DNA of 64,000 bases from Candidatus Eiseniibacteriota bacterium (lineage in GTDB: Bacteria; Eisenbacteria; RBG-16-71-46; JABDJR01), in the NCBI GenBank assembly GCA_963783375.1, contig CAWANH010000028.1, forward strand, positions 1,088,001 to 1,152,000, written 5' to 3'. Positions 8,982-19,146 of the stretch are shown here, piece after piece. Position 1 is the stretch's first letter. Each line of letters opens with the position of its first letter. The position numbers were made by a program, and so were the translations under genes. A model generated the notes under the pieces. That model saw only the letters and a program-made list of their open reading frames with translations, did no database searches and was not told where the DNA came from.

Positions 8982-11546
8982 ATGATGAAGCCCGCGGCCG
9001 GAGTCCTCTTGACCCTCGCGTTGCTCGTTGCGGTCGCCGTGCCGCCCGCGGCGGGGCAGGCCGGCGGCCAGTCCCAGGCCGTGGTGGCGCTGCACATCGC
9101 CCCCAGCGCCGACTTCAGCAACCGCTGCACCTGGTGGTACCCGGACCAGCCCTGTGGGGACTTCACGACCTCGTGGCCTCTCGGCGCGGGGGCCATGGTC
9201 TACATGATCGTCGCTCGTGCGGATTCAGCCCTTGGGGTGAGCGGTCTGAGCTGCGGAGTCCGTTACCAAAGCCCGGGGACGGTGACGGATGGCGTCGGTG
9301 TGGACGTGTTCGGCTACACCTTCTGCTCGGACTTCCAGTTTCCCCAGAGCGCGGACGGGAATCCCAATCACCTCTTCCCCTACTCGGGCGGCGGGAACCG
9401 GTTCATCTGGGATTCGACCGCGAACTGCCGTCGGCACGTCGTGGCTCCGTACGGGGTCGAGACGATCGCGTGCGCATTCTACGTCTACGCCTACAGCCCC
9501 GACGAGTTCCGGGTGACGCCGAACGAAACCGGGGCGGGCCCCCCGGAGTTCCAGGTGCTGGACTGTGATGGGGCGATGGCGTCCGAACTGGCCTTCCCCG
9601 GGTCGGCGGGAATGATCGGGTTCGACCGGGCCGGATTCAACCCCTGCACGGACGCCCTCGGGAGCCTTCCTCCACCGGTCCTGCTGAACGCCTCGGGTGC
9701 GCCGGGCCACGACGAGGTGTCGGTGCTCTTCAGCGAGGAGGTGTTCGACGGGGCGGCCGTCTCCGCGAACTATGAGGTCCATCCCACTGCGTATCCCGCG
9801 TCCCCCCTGGAGGTGAACGCGGTGTCGGTTCTGGGGCCCACGGTGACCCTGACCCTGGCGTCGAACCTGGACGGGGTGACCCAGTACTCGGTGGACGTTT
9901 CCAACGTCGGCGGCTGGGGCGGGAGCCCGATCGCCCCGAACTCGACCGTCACCTTCACGACCGCGGTGCTGGACAGCGTCCCGCCGAATCTGACCGGGGC
10001 CTCGGGGTCGGCGGGGAAGGCCCAGGTGCTGGTCGATTTCAGCGAAGCCGTGGGGGGAGGGGGCGCTACCGCTTCCAATTTCAGCGTCTATCCGGTAGCG
10101 GACCCGGCGGGGGGGATCGCCGTGTGTTCGGCGGCGGCTTCAGGCGCCCGGGTCACCCTCACCCTGGCATCGAGCCTGGCCTGGGGAACCCAGTACGAGG
10201 TGCGGGTTTCCAACGTCCAGGACAAGGCGGGGAACGTGATCGCGCCCAACTCGACCGCGACCTTCACCACCCAACCGGGGGACACCACCCCACCGACCCT
10301 GGTCGCGGTGACCGGGGCGGCGAGCAGCGACGGCGTTCTGGTGGACTTCAGCGAAACCGTGGCCGCGGGCACGGTCATCCCGGCCAACTTCGCGGTTTAC
10401 CCCGCTTTGGACCCCGCGTCACCCCTCGAGGTGATCGAGACATCGGCCTCGGGCAGCCGGGCGAGGCTCACCCTGGCCTCGAAGCTGGCCGGATTCACGC
10501 AGTACGCGGTGAGCGTCTCGAACGTCACCGATACCTGGGGGAACGTGATCGCCCCGAACGCGACCGCGACGTTCACGACCGGCGCCCCGGACCTCACCCC
10601 GCCGACCCTGACCCTGGCCTCGGGCTCGGCCGGCGACAACCGGATTACGGTGTTCTTCAGCGAAGCGGTGGGTGCCAACGCGGCGGTGGCGACGAACTAC
10701 GCCGTACACCCGTCCGACGAGCCTTCCGCGCCCCTGGCCGTCCTCGCGGCCGTCATCCCGCCCGGTTCCTCCAGCTCCGAGGTGATCCTGACCCTGGACG
10801 GGGCCCTCGACTACCGCACCTACACCGTGGTGGTCTCGGGGGTCAGGGACGTGGCCGGGAACCCCATCGCGCCCGACTCCCCGATCAACTTCACCGCCAC
10901 GAGTCTTCACGGCCTGCCGGGCGGTCAGTCCCAGTCCGTGGTGACGCTCCACGTTCAGACCCACGTGGCAAAGCAGATCATCTGCGATGGGCTGAGCAGC
11001 ACCCTGAGCTGCAATGAATTCGTTCAGACCTGGCCGGTTCACAAGGGGGCCGACGTCTACCTGGTGGTGGCCTGGGCGCGGGCGGACCTGGGGATCAGCG
11101 GGGTGAGCTGCGGGATCCGCTACGACCCGGCGCCCGGAGCGGGGTGCGACGTCCTGGGGTACTCGTCGTGCGCGGATCTCGAGTACACCAACGCCGGGGC
11201 CAATGGCGAGTGGCCGGCATCGGGGGGAGGGAACCGCCTCATCTGGCTCCGGACCACGAACTGCCAGCGGACCGAGCGGCCGGCCTGCGCGGTCCACGCG
11301 GTGGCGGCCGGGTTCTACGTGTACGCCTACGGCCCCGACCAGTTCGCGGTCATTCAGAACGAGAACCTGGAGACCGGGCCGGAGTTCCAGGTGGTGGACT
11401 GCGACGGGCCGGTGAGTTCCAGCATGGAGTTCCCGACCCACGCCGGGAAAGTCGGTTTCGGGATGGCCGGCTACAACCCCTGTACCGCGCTGGACGTGCC
11501 GACGGTTCACACGACCTGGGGGCGGCTCAAGAACCAGTATCACTGA
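8982..11546 (+). CDS. Secreted protein: Cys-rich domain, four ~103-aa Ig-like (SbsA/Big_5-like) repeats, second Cys-rich domain, C-terminal TTWGRLK tail
   Basis: RBS AAGGAG; signal peptide; four 'PPxL..ASG...VxFSExV...NY/F' repeats; ends 'TTWGRLKNQYH'. Confidence 0.88.
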   Translation: MMKPAAGVLLTLALLVAVAVPPAAGQAGGQSQAVVALHIAPSADFSNRCTWWYPDQPCGDFTTSWPLGAGAMVYMIVARADSALGVSGLSCGVRYQSPGTVTDGVGVDVFGYTFCSDFQFPQSADGNPNHLFPYSGGGNRFIWDSTANCRRHVVAPYGVETIACAFYVYAYSPDEFRVTPNETGAGPPEFQVLDCDGAMASELAFPGSAGMIGFDRAGFNPCTDALGSLPPPVLLNASGAPGHDEVSVLFSEEVFDGAAVSANYEVHPTAYPASPLEVNAVSVLGPTVTLTLASNLDGVTQYSVDVSNVGGWGGSPIAPNSTVTFTTAVLDSVPPNLTGASGSAGKAQVLVDFSEAVGGGGATASNFSVYPVADPAGGIAVCSAAASGARVTLTLASSLAWGTQYEVRVSNVQDKAGNVIAPNSTATFTTQPGDTTPPTLVAVTGAASSDGVLVDFSETVAAGTVIPANFAVYPALDPASPLEVIETSASGSRARLTLASKLAGFTQYAVSVSNVTDTWGNVIAPNATATFTTGAPDLTPPTLTLASGSAGDNRITVFFSEAVGANAAVATNYAVHPSDEPSAPLAVLAAVIPPGSSSSEVILTLDGALDYRTYTVVVSGVRDVAGNPIAPDSPINFTATSLHGLPGGQSQSVVTLHVQTHVAKQIICDGLSSTLSCNEFVQTWPVHKGADVYLVVAWARADLGISGVSCGIRYDPAPGAGCDVLGYSSCADLEYTNAGANGEWPASGGGNRLIWLRTTNCQRTERPACAVHAVAAGFYVYAYGPDQFAVIQNENLETGPEFQVVDCDGPVSSSMEFPTHAGKVGFGMAGYNPCTALDVPTVHTTWGRLKNQYH

Positions 11547-11609
11547 CCGGTCAGGGGCCGGGAAATTGTCGGTTTGCGGAAACGGCGGCATTCGCCAAGG
11601 AGGTCGAAC

Positions 11610-12335
11610 ATGAGATGGACGATCATGGCTCTCGGAATCGTCACTGTCCTGGTTGTGTGGCTCGTACCGCCGGCGGCCGCCCAGCCGGCCGGCCAGTCCC
11701 AGGCGGTGGTGGCGCTCCACACGTTTTCCGGCGGTGACTTCGGCCACTGGTGCAAATACTGGAATTACGACGAGCCTTGCAGCGAGTTCACAACCACCTG
11801 GCCCCTCGAGGCCGGAACCCGGATCTACGTCATCGTGGCCCGGGCGGATTCTGCCCTGGGAGTGAGCGGTATCAGCCTGGGGGTCACGTACCAGACTCCA
11901 GGGGGAAGTACGGACGGGGTTGGGGTGGATGTCTTCGGGTACGTCACATGCGCGGATTACGAGTTTCGGGAAGGAGGGGACGGTAGCCCCGATCAGATCT
12001 TTCCCGCTTCGGGTGGCGGGAATCGGCTTTTTTGGGAACCGACTACGAACTGCCAGCGCCACGTGGTGAGTCCCTACGGGGTCGAGACGCTCGCCTGCGT
12101 CATCTATGTCTACGCCTACGGTCCCGATCAATTCGCCGTCATTCCCAACCCCGCCGGCGCCAACGGCCCCGAGTTCCAGGTGGTGGACTGTGTCGGCCCC
12201 ACCGCCTGGGATCTGGAGTGGCCGTCGCACGCGGGGGTGGTCGGGTTCGGGATGGACGGCTACAACCCCTGCATCGCGCTGGGGGTCCCGGTCGAGGCCA
12301 CGACCTGGGGGAGGCTCAAGAGCCAGTACCACTGA
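11610..12335 (+). CDS. Secreted single-domain paralog of the Cys-rich domain, with TTWGRLK tail
   Basis: RBS AAGGAGG; signal peptide; shares 'QSQAVVALH', 'GGGNR', 'YVYAYGPDQF' and 'GPEFQVVDC' with the upstream gene. Confidence 0.88.
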   Translation: MRWTIMALGIVTVLVVWLVPPAAAQPAGQSQAVVALHTFSGGDFGHWCKYWNYDEPCSEFTTTWPLEAGTRIYVIVARADSALGVSGISLGVTYQTPGGSTDGVGVDVFGYVTCADYEFREGGDGSPDQIFPASGGGNRLFWEPTTNCQRHVVSPYGVETLACVIYVYAYGPDQFAVIPNPAGANGPEFQVVDCVGPTAWDLEWPSHAGVVGFGMDGYNPCIALGVPVEATTWGRLKSQYH

Positions 12336-12400
12336 CGATCGCCTGAAGGGAAAGACGCGCCGCCGCGAACCGGCCTGAGCCCGCGGCGGCGTCGCTTACT

Positions 12401-12691
12401 TCAGTACACCCGTTCCGCCGGCATGGCGAAGATGCGGATCTCGTCCTTGCACGGGGTGTCGCAGGCGAACTCCTTCACCGCCGCCACCAGGGCCTCGACC
12501 TGTTCGGCCGGAAGGATGGTGAGGATCATGCTCGTGGTCCCCGGGAAGGCCCGGGTCCCGAGCTTCCGCCCGCTCAACCCCGCCCCCAGCACGTTCGGGA
12601 TCTCGGTGTAGGCATGGATCTCGTGCTGCTCGATCACCGCCTGCATCTCGGCCAGGCAATCCGACGGAACCAGCACCATCATGAGCTTCAT
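12401..12691 (-). CDS. P-II-like transporter-associated protein (PG0541-like)
   Basis: 96 aa; 'AYTEIPNVLGAGLSGRKLGTRAFPG'; start overlaps the RND stop. Confidence 0.75.
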   Translation of the reverse strand: MKLMMVLVPSDCLAEMQAVIEQHEIHAYTEIPNVLGAGLSGRKLGTRAFPGTTSMILTILPAEQVEALVAAVKEFACDTPCKDEIRIFAMPAERVY

Positions 12692-15600
12692 CACGCGTCC
12701 TCCGTTGCCGCCGCCGGCGTGGCCTCGCTCCCGCGCTGCTGCAGGTAGTAGAGAATCGGAACCACCACCAGGGTGAGCACGGTGGCGGTGATCGACCCGC
12801 CGATCAGCGAGATCGCCAGGCCCTGGAAGATCGGGTCGAACAGGATGACCACCGCCCCCACGATCACCGTTCCCGCGGTGAGGACGATCGGCCGCAGCCG
12901 GACCGCGCCCGCCTCCAGGATGGCCTCCTTGAGGGGCAGCCCGCGCTCCCGGGCCAGGCCCACGAAGTCGAGGAGCAGCACGCCGTTTCGCACCATCACC
13001 CCGGCCAGGGCGATGAAGCCGATCATGGAGGTGGCGGTGAAGAAACCGTGGAAGACCCAGTGGCCGATGAGGATCCCCACCAGGCTCAGGGGAATCGACA
13101 CCATCATGATGAGCGGGGTGCGGAGATCCTGGAACCAGCCCGCGATGAGCATGTAGATGAGGATCAGGACCACCCCGAACGCGAGCCCCAGGTCCCGGAA
13201 CACCTCGCGGGTGATCTGCCACTCGCCGTCCCAGCGCACCGCGTACTGGCTCTGGCTGGACGGGTCGGCGGCGAAGAGCTGGGACACCGTCTCGCCCCGG
13301 GAGCCGGTGAGCGCGTCGATCTTGTCCTTCATCTCGAGGATGGCGTAGACCGGGCTCTCCTGCTCTCCGGCAAGCTCGCCCACCACGTACACCACCGGGA
13401 GCCCGTTCTTCCGGTAGCGGCTCACCGCGCGCTCGGTGCGGACCGGGGTCATGACCGACGCCGCGGGGACGAGATCCCCCTGGTTGGTGGGGAGGCGGAG
13501 ATCGCTCACCGCCAGGAGCGAGTTCCGCTCGTCCCGCGGCCAGCGCACCATGATCGGGACCGGTTCGAAGGTATCCGGGGGATGGAGCGCCCCCACCTGG
13601 GTGCCGGAGAGCGCCAGGTGCACCGCCTGGACCACGCTGGCCGGCGCCACCCCGGCCAGGGCGGCGCGGGTGGGATCCACCTCCAGGTTCCATTCGGCCT
13701 GGGGGGCCTCGACCATCCAGTCGACGTCCACCACGCCGGGGGTGTCCTCCATGATCTTCCGCACCTTGGTGGCCAGCTCGAGACGGCTCTCCTGGTCCGG
13801 CCCGTAGACCTCGGCCACCATGGTGGAGAGGACCGGGGGTCCCGGGGGCACCTCGATCACCTTGAGCCGCGCCCCGTAGCGCTCGGCCACCGGGAGCGCC
13901 CGCTCACGGAGCACGCCGGCCAGCTCGTGGCTCTTCCGCCGGCGCTCCTTCTTGGGCTTCAGGTTCAACTGGATGTCGGCGGCGTTGGGGGATTGGCGGA
14001 AGTCGTAGTGGCGGACCAGACCGTTGAAGGTGATGGGGCTCGCGGCGCCGGTGTAGACCTGGAGGTCCTCCACCTCCGGCACCGAGGCCACCGCCTCGGC
14101 CATGTCGTGGGCCGCGGCGTCGGTCACCTCGAGGGGCGTCCCCTCGGGCATGTCCACCATCAGCTGGATCTCGCTCTTGTTGTCGAAGGGGAGCATCTTC
14201 ACGGTGACGAGCTTCAGGGGGAGGAGTGCGAAGCTCAGGACGAGGAGCAACGCGATCCCGCCCAGGGTCATGAGTCCCTTCCGCGGCTCGTCGAGGAGCG
14301 GCCCCACCACCCGGTTGTAGAACCGGCGGATACCGTCGGGGGCGGGCTCCTCTTCCTCTTCGGGGACCGGCGCGGCGTGCTTGCCCTCCGCCTTCAGGAG
14401 CTTCTTGCTGAGCCAGGGCGCCATGGTGAGGGCCACCAGGAGCGAGAAGGTCATGGCCAGCGACGCCCCGATCGGCATGGGACGCATGTAGGGACCCATG
14501 AGGCCGCCCACGTAGGCCATGGGAAGAACCGAGGCGATCACGGTCAGGGTGGCCAGCACGGTGGGGTTCCCGACCTCGGACACCGCGGCGAGGATCGAAG
14601 CCTGGGGCCGGTGGCCCCGGTGCATGCGGAAGTGGCGGTAGATGTTCTCGACGATGATGATCGAGTCGTCCACCACGATCCCGGCGATGAAGATGAGCGC
14701 GAAGAGGGTCACCCGGTTCAGGGTGTAGCCGAAGATGTAATAGGTGAAGAGGGTGAGCGCGAAGGTGACCGGAACCGAGACGAAGACCACCACCCCGCCC
14801 CGCAATCCCAGCACCAGCCCGGTGAGCACGGTCACCAGCACGATGGCGATTCCAAGATGCAACAGGAGGTCCGACGCCTTCTCGTTCGCGGTCTCGCCGT
14901 AGTCCCGGGCCACGGTGAGGTGGACGTCGGAAGGCAGGAGCCGCCCGCGCACCGCCTCCACCCGCTGGAGCACCGCCGCGGCCACCCGGGTGGCGTCGGT
15001 GCCTTTCCGCTTGGCGATGGTGAGGGTCACCGCGGGAGCGGTGCGCCCGGTCGGGAACGCCGCCGCCACCGCGTTCACGCCGCCTTCCTCCACCCCTTGC
15101 TCGTCGGCCATGGCCGCGCCGGCGGCGAAGGCCACGTAGCTGTCGGTCTCGGGGACCTCGGTCACCGTGGCCACCGAGCCCAGGCGGACCGGCCGGCCGT
15201 CCATGACCCCGACCACCACCGAGGCCACGTCCTCCCGGGTCTTCAGGAAGGCGTTGGTCCGGACCAGGGTGGCCTGGTTGTTCGAGACCAGTTCCCCGCC
15301 GGGAGCGGCGGCGTTGGCCGCCTGGAGCCGCCCGATCACCTGCTGGGGGGGGATTCCCGCCGCGGCCAGGGCGCGGCTGTCCAGGCGCACCTCGAGGGTG
15401 CGGCGGCGCCCGCCGATCAGGTGGGTCACCGAGACGTCGGGGACCGCGCGCACCTCCTCCTCCAGGCCGGCGGCGACGTCCCGGAGGAGCATCTCGTCGC
15501 CCTCGTCCTGCCACAGGGTGAGCGCGAGGATCGGCACGTCGTCGATCAGCCGCGCCTTGACCAGGGGCGGCGTGGCCCCCGGCGGCATCTCGTCCATGCT

Positions 15601-15966
15601 TCCGGCCAGGGCGTCGTAGAGCTTCACCATGCTCCGCTCCTGGTCGTCGCCGACCTTGAAGCGGACGGTGATCATGGCCATGTCGGGGAGCGAGGTGGAG
15701 TAGACGTACTCGACCCCGGGAAGCTCCATCAGGAGCCGCTCGGTGGGGCGGGTCACCCGGTCCTCGACTTCCTTGGGGGAGGCGCCGGGAAGGCCCACCA
15801 TGACGTCGGCGAAGGGAACCACGATCTGGGGCTCCTCCTCGCGCGGGGTCTGGACGATGGCCAGGGCGCCGAGGAGGATGGCCGCCATCATGAGAAGCGG
15901 GGTGATCTTGGAGTCGAGGAACATCGAGGCCAGGCGCCCCGCAATCCCGTAGCCGCCCGGCTTCAT
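12691..15966 (-). CDS. RND efflux permease (AcrB/AcrD/AcrF family)
   Basis: 1091 aa; 'GIVVDDSIIIVENIYRH' and 'RLRPIVLT' motifs. Confidence 0.96.
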   Translation of the reverse strand: MKPGGYGIAGRLASMFLDSKITPLLMMAAILLGALAIVQTPREEEPQIVVPFADVMVGLPGASPKEVEDRVTRPTERLLMELPGVEYVYSTSLPDMAMITVRFKVGDDQERSMVKLYDALAGSMDEMPPGATPPLVKARLIDDVPILALTLWQDEGDEMLLRDVAAGLEEEVRAVPDVSVTHLIGGRRRTLEVRLDSRALAAAGIPPQQVIGRLQAANAAAPGGELVSNNQATLVRTNAFLKTREDVASVVVGVMDGRPVRLGSVATVTEVPETDSYVAFAAGAAMADEQGVEEGGVNAVAAAFPTGRTAPAVTLTIAKRKGTDATRVAAAVLQRVEAVRGRLLPSDVHLTVARDYGETANEKASDLLLHLGIAIVLVTVLTGLVLGLRGGVVVFVSVPVTFALTLFTYYIFGYTLNRVTLFALIFIAGIVVDDSIIIVENIYRHFRMHRGHRPQASILAAVSEVGNPTVLATLTVIASVLPMAYVGGLMGPYMRPMPIGASLAMTFSLLVALTMAPWLSKKLLKAEGKHAAPVPEEEEEPAPDGIRRFYNRVVGPLLDEPRKGLMTLGGIALLLVLSFALLPLKLVTVKMLPFDNKSEIQLMVDMPEGTPLEVTDAAAHDMAEAVASVPEVEDLQVYTGAASPITFNGLVRHYDFRQSPNAADIQLNLKPKKERRRKSHELAGVLRERALPVAERYGARLKVIEVPPGPPVLSTMVAEVYGPDQESRLELATKVRKIMEDTPGVVDVDWMVEAPQAEWNLEVDPTRAALAGVAPASVVQAVHLALSGTQVGALHPPDTFEPVPIMVRWPRDERNSLLAVSDLRLPTNQGDLVPAASVMTPVRTERAVSRYRKNGLPVVYVVGELAGEQESPVYAILEMKDKIDALTGSRGETVSQLFAADPSSQSQYAVRWDGEWQITREVFRDLGLAFGVVLILIYMLIAGWFQDLRTPLIMMVSIPLSLVGILIGHWVFHGFFTATSMIGFIALAGVMVRNGVLLLDFVGLARERGLPLKEAILEAGAVRLRPIVLTAGTVIVGAVVILFDPIFQGLAISLIGGSITATVLTLVVVPILYYLQQRGSEATPAAATEDA

Positions 15967-17030
15967 CGGGTCACCTCGACCGGGTCGCCGTCCTCGAGCG
16001 TGGCCGGGGGGGCGGCGATCACGGTGTCGCCGGGGGAGAGGCCGGCTTCCACCCGGCCCTCGGGGCCGAGGCGAAGCCAGCGCAACGACGCATGTCCGTC
16101 ATGGACCAGGAAGGCTCCGGTCAGGGGGCCGCGGCGGACCAGGGCGCCGTCGGGAAGACGGAGCGCGTCCACCGAATCCGCGGCGAAGAGCGTGGCCCGG
16201 ACGAAGCTCCCGCTGGGGGCTTCGAGCCCTTCGGGACGGAGATAGATCTCGATGGTGTGGCGGTCGGCGCCGGGAGTGACCCGGTTCACCGTGGCCGGGC
16301 GGGCGTTGCCGTCGTCGAGGGCGCTACGCACCTCGGCCCGGTCGCCGGGATGGACCGGCCAGGCCATCTCGGCGGGAAGGGTCACCCGCACTTCCAGATC
16401 CGCGGGGTTCTCGAGCACCACCAGGGGCCGCCCCGGGGTGGCGAGATCGCCGGCCCGGGCCAGCCGCCGGACCACCACGCCCCGCGCCGGCGCGCGAAGC
16501 ACCGCGTAGTCCAGGTTCCGCCGGCTCATGTCGACCATGGCCTTGGCCCGCTCGTGGGCGGCGACGGCTCCGGCCGCCGCACCCTCCGCCATCTCCACAT
16601 CGTGGGGGGTCACCACCTGGCCCGCCACCAGCCGGCGCATGCGCGCGGCCTGGCGCTGGGCGTTGTCGGCGTTCACCCGGGCCGCCTCCTCGGCGGCCTG
16701 GGCCTGGACCAGCCCCGAAGCCAGCTCGGGGGAGTCGAGCCGGGCCAGGACGTCGCCGGCCTGGACCACGGTGCCCTCGGTCACCGGGATCCCGGTGATC
16801 CGCCCGGCGATCTTCGACGCGATCTCCATCCGGTTCTGGGCCACCAGCTCGCCGGAAAGATCCAGGCGGGAGGGTTCGGCCCGGTCGGCCATCACCACCG
16901 CGGCCACCGCCACCGGTGGGCCGTCGTCGTGGGCGGGCGTGCTGTTCCCCCGGCCGCAGGCGGAGAGACCGATCGCGGCGGCGACGGTGACCAATAGGAA
17001 CGAAAACGTGGAGAGGGGACGGGTCGTCAT
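15963..17030 (-). CDS. RND periplasmic adaptor (membrane fusion lipoprotein)
   Basis: Lipobox 'LSAC'; lipoyl-like 'IASKIAGRI..IPVTEG..V..GDVL'; ATGA coupling on both sides. Confidence 0.93.
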   Translation of the reverse strand: MTTRPLSTFSFLLVTVAAAIGLSACGRGNSTPAHDDGPPVAVAAVVMADRAEPSRLDLSGELVAQNRMEIASKIAGRITGIPVTEGTVVQAGDVLARLDSPELASGLVQAQAAEEAARVNADNAQRQAARMRRLVAGQVVTPHDVEMAEGAAAGAVAAHERAKAMVDMSRRNLDYAVLRAPARGVVVRRLARAGDLATPGRPLVVLENPADLEVRVTLPAEMAWPVHPGDRAEVRSALDDGNARPATVNRVTPGADRHTIEIYLRPEGLEAPSGSFVRATLFAADSVDALRLPDGALVRRGPLTGAFLVHDGHASLRWLRLGPEGRVEAGLSPGDTVIAAPPATLEDGDPVEVTR

Positions 17031-18424
17031 CGCGATTCCTCCGGAAGCTCCAGGGTTCCCGCGGCCAGGCGCAGGGCGGTCCGGGCCAGCGCGCGCTCGT
17101 GGCGCGCCGAGGCCGCCGCCAGCTCGGTCCGGGTCAGGTTGTTCTGGGATTGGGTGAGGTCCAGGGTGGTCACCAGGCCTTCGGTGTGGCGCTCCTCCAT
17201 GAGACGGAACGACTCGCGGGCCGAGACCACGGCGGCCTCGAGCGCGGTCGCGCGCAGTTCCGCCGCCTTCAGGCGATCGAAGGCCACCCGCGCCTCGTGG
17301 CGGGCGTTTTCCCGGGCGGCGTCCGCCATGTCCCGGGCGGCCCGGGATTGGGCCTGGGCCGCGCGGACCCGGCCGGCCACCCCGGCGTCGAGGCTCATGC
17401 GCGCTCCCAACGCCACCATCCACTGATTCCCGCCCTCGCCGAGGAAGTCCTTGCTGTTGTGCTCGGTCTGGGCCATGACCTCGAAGGCGGGGAAGAGCTG
17501 GGAGCGGGCCAGGCCCACTCCCGCCGAGGCCGCGCGCAGGTTCTGGCGCGCCGCCCGGACGTCGCGGCGATCGGACGAGGCCTCGACCGCGGCGGAAAGA
17601 GAGGGGACCGACACACCCGGTTGGTCGTCGGGTTGGACCAGGGTCTCTGCGATCGGGCCGTCCGCCCCCAAGACGAGTCCCAACATGCTCCGGGCCTCGG
17701 CGCTGTCCGCCTCGGCCGAAGCCACCGACGCCTGCATTTCCAGGACGTGGGCGTTCAGCGCCTGGCGGTCCGACTGCAGCGCCAGGCCCTCGGCCCAGAG
17801 GCTTTCCACCCGAACCGCCTCGAGCCGGGCGGTGGCCAGGGACTCGCGGAGCAGCGCGGCCTTCTCATCGGCCAGGAGCGAGTAGCGGAACGCCTTCTCC
17901 GTGTTGTAGGCGGTCTCCATGGCCGCGCGCTCCCCCCGGTCCCGGGCGGCCTCGGCCTGGGCCCGGCTGGCGGTCAAACCCGAGGTGATCGCCCCCCCGG
18001 TCCACAGCGGCTGGTGCACGCTCACCGCGGCCCGGACGTTGGTGACCGGATCGGGGGTGTTGAGGATGGAGAGATCGAAGGCGCCGGCCTGGGGATCGAA
18101 GGTGCCGAAGTTCGCGGGCCCGAAGCGTTCCTGGGCGAGGAGGCTTCCGAACACGTAGACCGGGTGATCGGTGCGCGAGGCCCCGAGCTCCCCCTCCACC
18201 CGGGGGAGCCGCCCCCACGAGGCCGCCCCCGCCGCGGATCCGGCGGCGTCGGCCTGGGCCCGAGCCGCGCCGAGCCGCGGGTTCTCGCGAAGCGCCCGGC
18301 GGATCGCCTCGTCCAGGGTGAGACCCCCGTCCGCCCGCGCCGCCCCGGCCACCATCAAAGCGGCCACCAACGCCCCGAGGGCGTAACTCCACCGTCTCCT
18401 TGGGGTCACAGAATGGGTTATCAT
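17027..18424 (-). CDS. TolC family outer-membrane efflux protein
   Basis: 'LTLDEAIRRALRENP' and 'EGLVTTLDLTQSQ'; first gene of the efflux operon. Confidence 0.92.
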   Translation of the reverse strand: MITHSVTPRRRWSYALGALVAALMVAGAARADGGLTLDEAIRRALRENPRLGAARAQADAAGSAAGAASWGRLPRVEGELGASRTDHPVYVFGSLLAQERFGPANFGTFDPQAGAFDLSILNTPDPVTNVRAAVSVHQPLWTGGAITSGLTASRAQAEAARDRGERAAMETAYNTEKAFRYSLLADEKAALLRESLATARLEAVRVESLWAEGLALQSDRQALNAHVLEMQASVASAEADSAEARSMLGLVLGADGPIAETLVQPDDQPGVSVPSLSAAVEASSDRRDVRAARQNLRAASAGVGLARSQLFPAFEVMAQTEHNSKDFLGEGGNQWMVALGARMSLDAGVAGRVRAAQAQSRAARDMADAARENARHEARVAFDRLKAAELRATALEAAVVSARESFRLMEERHTEGLVTTLDLTQSQNNLTRTELAAASARHERALARTALRLAAGTLELPEESR

Positions 18425-18466
18425 GCCTTCTCTACTTCGGTTGGGGTTTGTGCGTCACAGGGTAAG

Positions 18467-18492
18467 GACGCAGGGGTCTCCGATCGGTCACA
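18467..18492 (-). promoter_or_regulatory. Candidate ECF-type promoter for the efflux operon (TGTGAC-N16-CGTC)
   Basis: ECF-like -35/-10 spacing just upstream of tolC; a similar CGTGAC-N16-TATC lies at 19421-19446 before the DUF2892 gene. Confidence 0.4.
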
Positions 18493-18519
18493 TGACCGCT
18501 GGGGAGAGGAACTGCAGCG

Positions 18520-19146
18520 ATGATCAAACGGGAGATCGAGCCGGCGACGGCCCGGGACCGGGTTGCGGACGAGGAGGTCCTCCGGGCGGTTCAGGCCCGG
18601 GAGCCCGACGCCTTCGACCGGTTCGTGGAGCGGTTCGGCAACCGGATCTACGCCTTCGGGGTCCGCATGTGCGGGCACCGGGAGGACGCCGAGGACGTTT
18701 TTCAGGAGACGCTCCTCACCGTGTTCCAGAAGATCCAGACTCTCAGAGAGCCCGGGGCCCTCACCACCTGGCTCTACCGGATCGTGGCCAACGCCTGTCT
18801 CACCCGGCGCCGGAAGTCCAAGTTCGCTCCGAACCACGAGTTATCCCTGGACGAGCTCCTCCCCCAGGGCGGCGTGGTCGAGGCCGGACCGGTTCTGCCG
18901 GACTCCGACGGTCCCTCCGGGGAGCTCTACCGTCGCGAGATTCTCGAGGCCATGGACGCGGCCATGCGTGACCTCCCCCCCGATTATCGCGTCGTATGGT
19001 TGATGAGGGACGTGGAAGGTCTGGACACGGCGGAGACCGCGGAGGCTCTGGGGATCAGCATCCCGAACGTCAAGATGCGCCTCCACCGGGCGCGTCTCGC
19101 CCTCCGCAAGCGCCTGGCCCGATTCCACCCCGGAGCAAACTCATGA
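18520..19146 (+). CDS. ECF sigma-70 family RNA polymerase sigma factor
   Basis: 'DAEDVFQETLL', 'TWLYRIVANAC', 'VKMRLHRAR'. Confidence 0.95.
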   Translation: MIKREIEPATARDRVADEEVLRAVQAREPDAFDRFVERFGNRIYAFGVRMCGHREDAEDVFQETLLTVFQKIQTLREPGALTTWLYRIVANACLTRRRKSKFAPNHELSLDELLPQGGVVEAGPVLPDSDGPSGELYRREILEAMDAAMRDLPPDYRVVWLMRDVEGLDTAETAEALGISIPNVKMRLHRARLALRKRLARFHPGANS

